Assembly (NCBI RefSeq): GCF_036321535.1
Contig: NC_087436.1
Span: 60,142,001 to 60,206,000, forward strand
DNA: 64,000 nt
DNA from: Camelus dromedarius
Taxonomy: Eukaryota
Reading direction: 5' to 3'
Shown here: in pieces, positions 63,941 through 64,000 of the stretch
Layout of the letters: every line of letters starts with the position of its first letter
Position numbering within the stretch: the stretch's first letter is position 1
Program-made: the position numbers and the translations under genes
The notes under the pieces: model-generated
What the model saw: the letters and a program-made list of their open reading frames with translations, nothing else
Told to the model about the DNA's origin: nothing
Database searches by the model: none

Positions 63941-64000
63941 AATGCATAGGAGGTCCTCAGAAAACATTTGTTGAATGAATGCATGTTTAAATCAAGGCTT

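Noticed and set aside
1..64000. CRISPR arrays, rRNA or prokaryotic systems
   Set aside because: The sequence is mammalian; no repeat-spacer arrays or rRNA motifs were seen.

Overview
AT-rich mammalian genomic DNA, very probably from a camelid. It carries a tRNA-Ala-derived SINE matching the camelid vic-1 family and young artiodactyl-type L1 3' ends. Much of the window is transposon-derived: L1 of several ages (including 5'-inverted and nested copies), L2, MIR, ERVL/MaLR LTRs and hAT/TcMar relics. I cannot support any intact protein-coding gene; the ORF track is mostly L1/L2 remnants or chance ORFs. The most interesting non-repeat signal is a chain of minus-strand, splice-site-bounded segments at about 45.3-52.5 kb. 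Their phases are mutually compatible and their translations resemble tandem RGS domains of the RGS22/RGSL1 type, but they contain stops and frameshifts. This suggests a decayed, intron-containing gene; it is a hypothesis from recalled motifs and needs an HMM search. Other notable items: a ~283-bp near-perfect palindrome at 2.2-2.5 kb, a likely L1 3' transduction, and microexon-like candidates. Repeat subfamily names are by eye and boundaries are approximate unless a TSD is given.
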